DNA from: Nitrososphaera viennensis EN76
GTDB lineage: Archaea > Thermoproteota > Nitrososphaeria > Nitrososphaerales > Nitrososphaeraceae
Length of the DNA: 32,000 bases
Assembly: GCF_000698785.1 (NCBI RefSeq)
Contig: NZ_CP007536.1
Coordinates: forward strand, 840,001-872,000
Direction of reading: 5' to 3'
The position numbers and the translations under genes are program-made. A model generated the notes under the pieces. It saw nothing but the letters and a program-made list of their open reading frames with translations. It was not told the origin of the DNA and ran no database searches. Position 1 is the first letter of the stretch; each line of letters opens with the position of its first letter. Below, one piece after another: positions 8,011 through 14,903 of the stretch.

Positions 8011-8295
8011 ATGAAGGAGATAATGAACGCGGTGACTGACACGTTCAGCATTTTCGGGCCTAACACGTCAAAGGTCCTGATGTTCCACCTTGAAAACCAA
8101 TTTGGCCTAAAGCCTGAGGACATCCCAGATAAGCCGGAACACTTCCACGCTATTTTGCAGCAGCTCTTTGGCAACTATGCGTCTTCACTCGAGCTAGCCA
8201 TCTGCAAGCAGGTAAGGAGTTCCAACCCATCGCACAATTCAGAATTCGTGCGGTTCTTGGAGCACCACGCGCTACAGGAGGTAAAGGCAGCTTGA
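8011..8295 (+). CDS. Small helical protein of unknown function (same family as 17975..18226)
   Basis: The 94-aa product VTDTFSIFGPNTSKVLMFHLENQFGLKPEDIPDKPEHFHAILQQLFGNYASSLELAICKQV aligns by eye with LEKALAVFGDPGKEYIMEDLVRHGIKFDSRSHYTLAQVQDALSILGEDGAALVIGRV. The stop overlaps the next start. Confidence 0.5.
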   Translation: MKEIMNAVTDTFSIFGPNTSKVLMFHLENQFGLKPEDIPDKPEHFHAILQQLFGNYASSLELAICKQVRSSNPSHNSEFVRFLEHHALQEVKAA

Positions 8296-8582
8296 GCACG
8301 TCCATAGATATAGTCAACATAATCCTGTCGTCTGTCACGACGGTCGAGCTCATGAAGCTCTTCCAAAAGAACCCAAACCTCATTGACACGATGGAAGGCG
8401 TGGCCAAGAGAATAGGGCAGACTGCGATTCAGGTAGAAAACGACGTTGACAAGCTGGTCGACCTTGGAGTCTTGATCAAGATACCATCAGGCAAGACAAC
8501 CGTGCTCGTGCTTGACAAAAAGAGGGCCCACGATATAGACACAAAGATCGAGAACATGCTGGGCCGGCAGGGAGGTGCCTGA
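8292..8582 (+). CDS. Small putative winged-helix protein
   Basis: The 96-aa product starts at TTG, which overlaps the upstream TGA. The pattern ELMKLFQKNPNLIDTMEGVAKRIGQTAIQVENDVDKLVDLGVLIKIPSGKTTVLVLD fits helix-turn-helix plus a beta wing. The call is structural inference only. Confidence 0.45.
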   Translation: MSTSIDIVNIILSSVTTVELMKLFQKNPNLIDTMEGVAKRIGQTAIQVENDVDKLVDLGVLIKIPSGKTTVLVLDKKRAHDIDTKIENMLGRQGGA

Positions 8583-8586
8583 AGAA

Positions 8587-9339
8587 ATGGCAAAAGGTCG
8601 CGCCCCGACAGGCATTTCGGAATTTGACGCCATGCTCAACGGCGGGTTCATGAAGGGAGACTGCGTCCTGGTCACAGGAGCGGCAGGAACGGGCAAGACC
8701 AACCTGGCGCTACAGTTCCTCTACAACGGCGTGGTAAAGTACGGCGAAAATGCGGTGTACGTCACGTTTGAGCAGATGCCGGACCAGATCTACCGCGACG
8801 CAAAAAACCTCGGCATGAACCTGGAAAAGCTCGAGGAAGAAAACAGGCTCAAGGTCATATCCACGTCGCCTGACGTCCTCGTCCAGAACCAGGACATGAT
8901 CTCCGAGTTTTCGTCCGAGCGGGCTGAGAGAATAGTCATAGACTCTATAAGTTACTTTGAGCTCTCGCGCAAGAATTCTGTCAGGGACGAGATATACACG
9001 CTCATAAGATATCTAAAGACAAAGGGCGCGACTTCGATGCTCCTGCACGAGGCCCAGGCAGACACTACGCACGGCTTTGGGCCCTACGACCACGGCCTCA
9101 GCTTCCTGGCAGACACGGTCGTCGTGCTCAAGTATGTGGAGATCGAGTCGGCCATCAGGCGCGCAGTTGCGATACTAAAGATGCGCGGAAGCGACCACGA
9201 AAAGACGCTCCGGGAGATCAGGATAACGTCCAAAGGGATCGAAGTCGGCGGATCGTTTGAGCAGTGGGAAGGAGTGTTGAGTGGCGCCCCGCACAAGTCC
9301 TTTGCCCTAAGAGTATCAAAGGCGTTTGGCGGGATCTAA
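8587..9339 (+). CDS. Single-domain KaiC-like / RecA-superfamily ATPase
   Basis: PTGISEFDAMLNGGFMKGDCVLVTGAAGTGKTNLALQFLYNG carries the Walker A motif. TFEQ supplies the catalytic Glu context and ERIVIDSISYFE is the Walker B. RRAVAILKMRGSDHEKTLREIRITSKGIEV is the typical KaiC-family C-terminus. I prefer the ATG at 8587, preceded by GGAGGTG; the ORF track uses GTG at 8575. Confidence 0.85.
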   Translation: MAKGRAPTGISEFDAMLNGGFMKGDCVLVTGAAGTGKTNLALQFLYNGVVKYGENAVYVTFEQMPDQIYRDAKNLGMNLEKLEEENRLKVISTSPDVLVQNQDMISEFSSERAERIVIDSISYFELSRKNSVRDEIYTLIRYLKTKGATSMLLHEAQADTTHGFGPYDHGLSFLADTVVVLKYVEIESAIRRAVAILKMRGSDHEKTLREIRITSKGIEVGGSFEQWEGVLSGAPHKSFALRVSKAFGGI

Positions 9340-9355
9340 GCACGGGTAAAATGGG

Positions 9356-10177
9356 ATGACGCCAATGCTTTCATCATCCCACCAGACCCATTCCAGAAAA
9401 TGGCAGGCGCTTGTCTTCGTGCTGGCAATAGCGTGGTCCTCTGCAGGCATCCTTATTGCAACCGCCATTACGGGCGATTTTGAGAGCCGCCATGCAAGCA
9501 GCGTGCTTTTCCTGGCCTCTGGCGCCATGAGCCTGATAGTATTCTTTCAGGAAATGTACGCGTTTTACGTCACAAATAGCAGGAGGATCCTGTGGATGTC
9601 TGCAGGGTTCTTTACGCTTGGCATAGGCATGATAGGAAATGCCATAACCACTGGCGGGAGCCTGGATGTCGCCCTTGACTCTTACGTGAGCGCTTCGGAG
9701 CTGTTCAGAGGGACAAGCGAATTTGCGGCAGCGATTTTCATCCTGCTTGGCACCTTGCGGTCAGACAAGAGCATCCGCGAGAACATGGAATTCAAGGCAT
9801 ACATCCTGGTCGCCGTGATCATGGTCACCACGGCGTCCATCATAATTTACATCTCGACGGTCCAGGAAAGCCTTTCGGTGCCACTTTACAGCAGCCAGTA
9901 CGGGTGGAGCCCCTTTTCCCTGTACATAGAATTGCACGTCCTGTTATTTTTTGCGGTAACCTGTACCGTTTATGTCAGCATCCGCAAAAAGAACAACAAC
10001 AGCCAGATCCTCTTTTGGTTCATCATCGGTTTCGTGCTTTTGACATTCTCGGAGCTGTCCTTTACCATGGACAAGGTTCTCGACCTTGGCGCGTCAAGCT
10101 CGCTGGTTTGGGTTGGAAGATTTTTCCTGCTTGCAGGCTTTATGACTTTTGTACTGGGCCTCAACAGGACTCGCTGA
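9356..10177 (+). CDS. Polytopic membrane protein (about 7-8 TM), unknown function, sensor-like
   Basis: The 273-aa product has regularly spaced hydrophobic segments (WQALVFVLAIAWSSAGILIATAI, VLFLASGAMSLIVFF, ILWMSAGFFTLGIGMIGNAI, FAAAIFILLGTL, AYILVAVIMVTTASIIIYI, IELHVLLFFAVTCTVYV, ILFWFIIGFVLLTF, VWVGRFFLLAGFMTFVLG). I recognise no soluble output domain. Confidence 0.6.
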   Translation: MTPMLSSSHQTHSRKWQALVFVLAIAWSSAGILIATAITGDFESRHASSVLFLASGAMSLIVFFQEMYAFYVTNSRRILWMSAGFFTLGIGMIGNAITTGGSLDVALDSYVSASELFRGTSEFAAAIFILLGTLRSDKSIRENMEFKAYILVAVIMVTTASIIIYISTVQESLSVPLYSSQYGWSPFSLYIELHVLLFFAVTCTVYVSIRKKNNNSQILFWFIIGFVLLTFSELSFTMDKVLDLGASSSLVWVGRFFLLAGFMTFVLGLNRTR

Positions 10178-10309
10178 CAAAGCAGAGATAAGCAGTAAAA
10201 TCAGTCAGCCAACTATCGTTACAGAGGCATTTTTCGGACTAAAAGCATTAAGCGTGCCCGCATATACTGGTATTGTTAGTTACCAGTTAATGTCATCTTT
10301 AAATGTAGA

Positions 10310-10318
10310 TTTAAATAA
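10310..10318 (+). promoter_or_regulatory. Candidate TATA element (TTTAAATAA; TTTAAAT is duplicated at 10298..10304)
   Basis: It lies about 30 nt upstream of the ATG at 10347 in an AT-rich spacer. This supports the shorter start for the next CDS. Confidence 0.3.
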
Positions 10319-10346
10319 TGGTTCGTATAATCATTTACATACAGAA

Positions 10347-10742
10347 ATGGTGGACGAGGTGCGGTTGGCGGCCTTGGTAGTTATTGTCACCGTAGCCGTA
10401 CCCGTGTTCCTCATCACAGGCGAGGCCAAGGACCTGCTATCCGGCTCTTCTTTGCCAGTCCCCCGTTCCGCTATTGCGATGTCCGGCGACAATAATTCCT
10501 TACTATCATCGTCATCTGTAGAACAACAAAATTTTGCAAAGGACAACCCGGAACAGGCGCTCTATGCCATGTATGACGCCCAGGCAGTGGAAGAACTGGA
10601 TCGCTGTTTTAGCTCTCCAGAGAAAGGAATGTGCGACGGGTCGGTGGACCTCATAGTCGATAGCTGCAAAAACTCACAAGTGGACCTGGTTGTGTGCCAT
10701 GATCCAAGGATAGAGCAGCTTGTCGCTTCCAAGAAGGCCTGA
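10347..10742 (+). CDS. Small signal-anchored or secreted Cys-containing protein, unknown function
   Basis: I trimmed the ORF 10149..10742 to the ATG at 10347, giving MVDEVRLAALVVIVTVAVPVFLITGE (N-terminal hydrophobic helix). A Ser-rich linker and a C-terminal part with four Cys follow (CFSSPEKGMCDG...DSCKNSQVDLVVCHD). The upstream 66 codons span an AT-rich, promoter-like stretch. Confidence 0.4.
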   Translation: MVDEVRLAALVVIVTVAVPVFLITGEAKDLLSGSSLPVPRSAIAMSGDNNSLLSSSSVEQQNFAKDNPEQALYAMYDAQAVEELDRCFSSPEKGMCDGSVDLIVDSCKNSQVDLVVCHDPRIEQLVASKKA

Positions 10743-10766
10743 CATGCAGAGAGGCTGCATCTCGCT

Positions 10767-11618
10767 TTACTTGGTATTTTCAAAGAATGTCTTGAAGACG
10801 CTGATGATCGGGAGGTTGTTGGTGTAAAAGCCGTGTGGTTTTGCCTTGTCGGACTTGCCGCCGCCAAGCAGCATCACTACTATGTCCTTGTTGTCGACCA
10901 GCACGAAATCCACCATCTTTTCTTCAATTCCGCTGTTCACTACAATGTTGTTGCCTCCTAGGTTTGTGCCGATGTAGTCCTGCACATTCTTGCACGAGGT
11001 TTGCAGGCGTAACGTGATGCCTTTTTTTGCCAGCCCCATCAGATCATCTACGATGCCGGTGTGGTAAAAACTGGCAAACGTCTTTTCGCTGGCAAGCAGC
11101 ATAATCTCCTCACGCGCATCAAGAATCACCCGTCTGACAGTCGAGATTATGGAATTTTCCCCGCTCAGTATCTGGTAGCTCTCTTTCTCTTCGACAGACG
11201 AGAGCGACATGCTGCAGGACAGCCTCTCCAGCATGCTGCAGTAGTCGACCTTGGATTCAGCGAGACGCTGCAATGCCCCGCGGCGTGTCTCGATCAAGTG
11301 GTCCAGGGCCTTTTCGAGCGGAAGCGCATAGTATTTCTGCGGCCTGTCAAAAGTGGAAAAGACCACTCCTTTTCGCATGAGGCCGGTTATGTAGTTGTAG
11401 ATTTCTGTGCGGCCAATGTCGTTGTAGCGCGAAATGTCAGCTGCGGTGGACTCCTTGCGGATTATAAGATAGACAAGAATCTTGGCCTCCTTCACGCTCA
11501 GGCCCAGCTCCTGGAGGCCCGCGACCACTTCATCATATATTGCGTAAATTGACGGATCACAGGCTGAAGTGCCAAATTTTTGCAGAAATCCGCTCATCTG
11601 TCCAAATATTGGCTCCAT
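10767..11618 (-). CDS. TrmB-family transcriptional regulator (paralogue of 333..1244)
   Basis: It contains LSVKEAKILVYLIIRKESTAADISRYNDIGRTEIYNYITGLMRKGVVFSTFDRPQKYYALP. It shares the C-terminal GFYTNN...F motif with the first copy. Confidence 0.75.
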   Translation of the reverse strand: MEPIFGQMSGFLQKFGTSACDPSIYAIYDEVVAGLQELGLSVKEAKILVYLIIRKESTAADISRYNDIGRTEIYNYITGLMRKGVVFSTFDRPQKYYALPLEKALDHLIETRRGALQRLAESKVDYCSMLERLSCSMSLSSVEEKESYQILSGENSIISTVRRVILDAREEIMLLASEKTFASFYHTGIVDDLMGLAKKGITLRLQTSCKNVQDYIGTNLGGNNIVVNSGIEEKMVDFVLVDNKDIVVMLLGGGKSDKAKPHGFYTNNLPIISVFKTFFENTK

Positions 11619-11736
11619 TTTTAGGAACTAATTAAGTTAAATCAAAGTATTTAAGCTTGAGCATTTCATGAGATTGAAAAGAGTGGTGCAGAAAGGCTCC
11701 TGTACGCGCCAAATATGCGGCGGGGCGGAGAAGGGA

Positions 11737-11931
11737 TCAGTTGTAGAACTCTCCAAGGACAGGCGCAGCAGTCATTTTTTCCTGCCAGCATTTGACGCAA
11801 TAGTCCAGGCCATCATAAAAGATCTCTGCGGCTTTGTCACACACGCAGCATCGCCCTTCTTCTTCCTCCATGAGGAGCCACTTGCAGCTTTGCACTACCA
11901 CTACACTGTTTGCAAGTAAAAGCAAAGACAT
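11737..11931 (-). CDS. Small putative zinc-ribbon protein
   Basis: CCVCDKAAEIFYDGLDYCVKCWQEK gives a CxxC...CxxC pair. I trimmed to the ATG at 11931 so it does not overlap the peptidase gene. It lies immediately downstream of that gene on the same strand. The opposite-strand ORF 11668..11919 looks less protein-like. Confidence 0.3.
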   Translation of the reverse strand: MSLLLLANSVVVVQSCKWLLMEEEEGRCCVCDKAAEIFYDGLDYCVKCWQEKMTAAPVLGEFYN

Positions 11932-11944
11932 GTTTGTGTGTGCG

Positions 11945-12685
11945 CTAAAAGGCCCCTGCAAAGGCAGAAAGAAAGACCCGTGCAAGGTCGCCGATGAATA
12001 CCATTGCCACTAGGCCTGCAAGCATGTACACGAGGAAGGGGATGCCAGGCATGACCCATACGCCCACACGAGATTCAAAGGGCGTATCCTCTGCAGGCTT
12101 TAGCGAAAAATCAAATTTCCTGACGCCGCCACAGTTTTTTTCCATCAAGAAAGCAAACCCGGAACCGTTCGAGTGGTGCCCAAGCATGACTGCCAGCGCC
12201 TTTCTCGCCGCCGTCTCCCCTTCCATGCCGGCAAAAAGTGCTGACGGGTGCCTTGCCCTGTATCGCGCGTTTTTCACGATGTTGATAACCAAGTGTGCAA
12301 AAGACAGCACGGCCGCATTTGAGAGAAGCGCAAGTGGCGACAGGGAGTGAGCTTCTTTTGCAGAGATGCCTTCCAGGACAAGCCTGCCGTCGTACGACGG
12401 CAGGATGGCAGCAAAGACTGCCAGCGCAAGGGCGTCGGCTCCCCCAAACAGCCCCGTTCTGTAAAGCAGATAGGAGGCCGCGCCGCCAAGGCCCATCGAG
12501 AGCGCGACAATCGGAATGTCCATCCGCGCAAAGTCAAAAAAGTAGAGCACGGCCGCGACGGCTCCAAACGCCATCCACAGGCGATCGTCCACGTGCCGCC
12601 GCTTCATGTCCATGGCCGCGGCTATTCCAAACATGCCAAAGGCTACGCAGACACGCACTAGTGCAAGGTCGGCGGCACCATACAA
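11945..12685 (-). CDS. arlK: Class III signal peptidase (preflagellin/prepilin peptidase, A24 family; FlaK/PibD type)
   Basis: It is a polytopic membrane protein with two conserved Asp contexts about 57 residues apart: AAAMDMKRRHVDDRLW and GLFGGADALALAVFAAILP (GxGD-like). Both archaellins in this window carry matching RRG| cleavage motifs. Confidence 0.8.
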   Translation of the reverse strand: MYGAADLALVRVCVAFGMFGIAAAMDMKRRHVDDRLWMAFGAVAAVLYFFDFARMDIPIVALSMGLGGAASYLLYRTGLFGGADALALAVFAAILPSYDGRLVLEGISAKEAHSLSPLALLSNAAVLSFAHLVINIVKNARYRARHPSALFAGMEGETAARKALAVMLGHHSNGSGFAFLMEKNCGGVRKFDFSLKPAEDTPFESRVGVWVMPGIPFLVYMLAGLVAMVFIGDLARVFLSAFAGAF

Positions 12686-12823
12686 TGGTGCTTTTGGTAC
12701 CGGGTCTGCTGCCTCTTAATGACCTGCATGGACTGGATTTGACGTACGCGCTATATGGCGTGTGTATTTCAAAAACGACACACGCAGTTTTCCTTATACC
12801 AGCGCAGAATCCACCATATAACG

Positions 12824-13771
12824 ATGGCAAGGGTTGCCGTAATAGGCGTCGGCGGATGGGGCAGGAACCACGCAAGGGTCATGCACGAGCTGGGCGCGCT
12901 TGCGGCAGTATGCGACATGGACGGCTCCCGTGCAAAAGAAGTCGGAGAGAGGTATGGCGCAAGGCACTATGCTTCTCTGGACGAAATGCTGTCTCTGGAA
13001 AAAGAAAAGGAGCTTGACGCGTGTCTTGTATGCACCCCGACCAAGACGCATTTCCAGGTTGCAAGAAAAGTCATGGAAAGCGGATTGCACGCGTTCGTTG
13101 AAAAACCGCTCTCTTTTTCGGCCAATGAATGCGAAGAGATGGCAGACATGGCAAGGAGGAACAAAGTCGCCCTCACGTCAGGCTACATCGAGCGGTTCAA
13201 CCCCGCAGTGCGCGAGACCAAAAAGATAATCGCAGACAGGAGGTATGGCGACCTGCTCATGATGGAATTCCACAGGGAAAACCGCATGCCGCCTCACATA
13301 AAGGACGTGGGAATCATATACGACACGTCCGTGCACGACATCGACACTGCCATGTACCTGTTTGGCTCAAGGCCGAAAGTGGTGTTTGCCCGCTCGGGAA
13401 GAAAGTTCAACCCCTACGAGGACTTTGCCACAATAATGCTAGGGTTTGACGACCAGAAGGTGGCCATAATAGCATCAAACTGGATCACCCCAAAGAAAAC
13501 AAGGACGTTTAGCGCGGTCTGCACGGACGGCATCATAGCCGGCGACTTTTTGACCCAGGAGGTCCGGATCGACGGGGGAGAATCCACCATAATACCCCGC
13601 AGGCAGTTCCAGGAGCCGCTTTTGGCTGAGCTGAGGAGTTTTGTGGACTTTATCGACGGAAGGGCAGAAGCGCCTGCAGTCTCTGCACAGGACGCGACCA
13701 GCGTCACAAGGGTCGCAGAGGCGGCCATCAGATCATGCAGCACGGGCCAGCCTGTAAGCCTCGACCTGTAA
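12824..13771 (+). CDS. Gfo/Idh/MocA-family NAD(P)-dependent oxidoreductase
   Basis: MARVAVIGVGGWGRNHARVMHELG is a Rossmann GxGxxG motif. It also has VCTPTKTHFQVARKVMESGLHAFVEKPL (the family EKP motif) and a C-terminal alpha/beta domain. I trimmed the start to the ATG at 12824. Confidence 0.8.
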   Translation: MARVAVIGVGGWGRNHARVMHELGALAAVCDMDGSRAKEVGERYGARHYASLDEMLSLEKEKELDACLVCTPTKTHFQVARKVMESGLHAFVEKPLSFSANECEEMADMARRNKVALTSGYIERFNPAVRETKKIIADRRYGDLLMMEFHRENRMPPHIKDVGIIYDTSVHDIDTAMYLFGSRPKVVFARSGRKFNPYEDFATIMLGFDDQKVAIIASNWITPKKTRTFSAVCTDGIIAGDFLTQEVRIDGGESTIIPRRQFQEPLLAELRSFVDFIDGRAEAPAVSAQDATSVTRVAEAAIRSCSTGQPVSLDL

Positions 13772-13864
13772 ATTCATTCATCCATCCATGCATGCATACG
13801 CAAGATTTTTTTTACTGTCATGCGCGGCAGCGACACAAGAGAAACCACACGCCATCGATTGTTT

Positions 13865-14251
13865 TCAAAGGATTCCCCGGGATTTCATCACAAATGGCGA
13901 TATCTTGTCCTTCATCACCGAAACAACATCTGATCCGGACTCTAGTAGCAGCAGGACAAAGAATTTTTGGTTCCCGGCAGCAACGGGCAGTGTGACCCGG
14001 GCAACGCCGTCGTGGTACGTCACCGTGTACTGTATGCTGCCCAGCCGGTTCTCAAAGTGAGCCAAAAGTATTGTGACAATGGTCATCTGTATTGCGTATT
14101 GCTTGGCCTCTTTTTCGTCAACAAAAGGCGTTTCACGGTAGGTCATGGCAACAATGTCGCCAAGGTGGTCTACTAGAGCGGAGAATATCACAGACGCATC
14201 CAGCGCGAGCATCCTTTCACAAAATTCAAGAAACCTGTCTTGGGGAACCAT
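13865..14251 (-). CDS. Hypothetical protein (possibly Roadblock/LC7-like fold)
   Basis: The 128-aa ORF has a clean alternating pattern (VIFSALVDHLGDIVAMTY ... ARVTLPVAAGNQKFFVLLLLESGSDV) reminiscent of Roadblock/MglB-like domains. The fold assignment is weak. Confidence 0.45.
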   Translation of the reverse strand: MVPQDRFLEFCERMLALDASVIFSALVDHLGDIVAMTYRETPFVDEKEAKQYAIQMTIVTILLAHFENRLGSIQYTVTYHDGVARVTLPVAAGNQKFFVLLLLESGSDVVSVMKDKISPFVMKSRGIL

Positions 14252-14453
14252 CTGATGATACCTGATCTTTCTAATTTGGCCGCTGCTGCAGCAAGGCGCG
14301 TGCAGAATGCGTGAGGAGGTTTTTTGTCACTCCAAGACAGGGCATAAGCATTTGTCGAACGTGGAGCAATGATCTTGGCGGTTAATAAATCAAGTGATGG
14401 TATAATGCATGGTGCAGCATTAATTAATTAAGGCATCAGCACCACTGCGAAAT

Positions 14454-14903
14454 GTGAGGTTTACGCTTGCCGACCCCCATGCAAGGCCGCTATCCAGAAA
14501 AGAGGTCGCGCAACTTTTTGCAAGGCCAAACCTGCTGAGGATAGCATTTCTTGACGAAAAGGGAGAGGCCATGGTCCACCCCGTCTGGTACTACTACAGC
14601 AAAGGAAGGTTCTATTTTGCCACCGACAGGGACGGCAGAAAGGCAGATGTCCTTCGCAAGAACCCCGGCGTCTATTTCCTAGTCGACGAAAACCCGGCAG
14701 GCGGGCCGCCGCAGGGCGTCCGGGGCAGGGGCATCGCAAGGGTGGTTGACGACCCGAAATACGCGACCAGAGTCACAAGGCGCAACGTGATGAGGTACCT
14801 TGGCACGACAGAGAGCAAGAGCGCCAAGGGAATAATTGCGATGGGCTCAGAGTCGTGCGTAGTAGAGGTAACGCCAAGGACGATGGCGACGTGGAAGTTC
14901 TAG
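14454..14903 (+). CDS. Pyridoxamine 5'-phosphate oxidase-family FMN-binding split-barrel protein
   Basis: LLRIAFLDEKGEAMVHPVWYYYSKGRFYFATDRDGRKADVLRKNPGVYFLVDE matches the PPOX-like split-barrel pattern. The start is GTG. Confidence 0.65.
   Translation: MRFTLADPHARPLSRKEVAQLFARPNLLRIAFLDEKGEAMVHPVWYYYSKGRFYFATDRDGRKADVLRKNPGVYFLVDENPAGGPPQGVRGRGIARVVDDPKYATRVTRRNVMRYLGTTESKSAKGIIAMGSESCVVEVTPRTMATWKF

Noticed and set aside
12295-13017. 240-aa Arg/Pro/Gln-rich plus-strand ORF (and 11994..12350, 12347..12661, 12534..12875)
   Set aside because: They overlap the peptidase gene in antisense and have an implausible composition (RRxRR runs). The peptidase translation carries the diagnostic Asp motifs.
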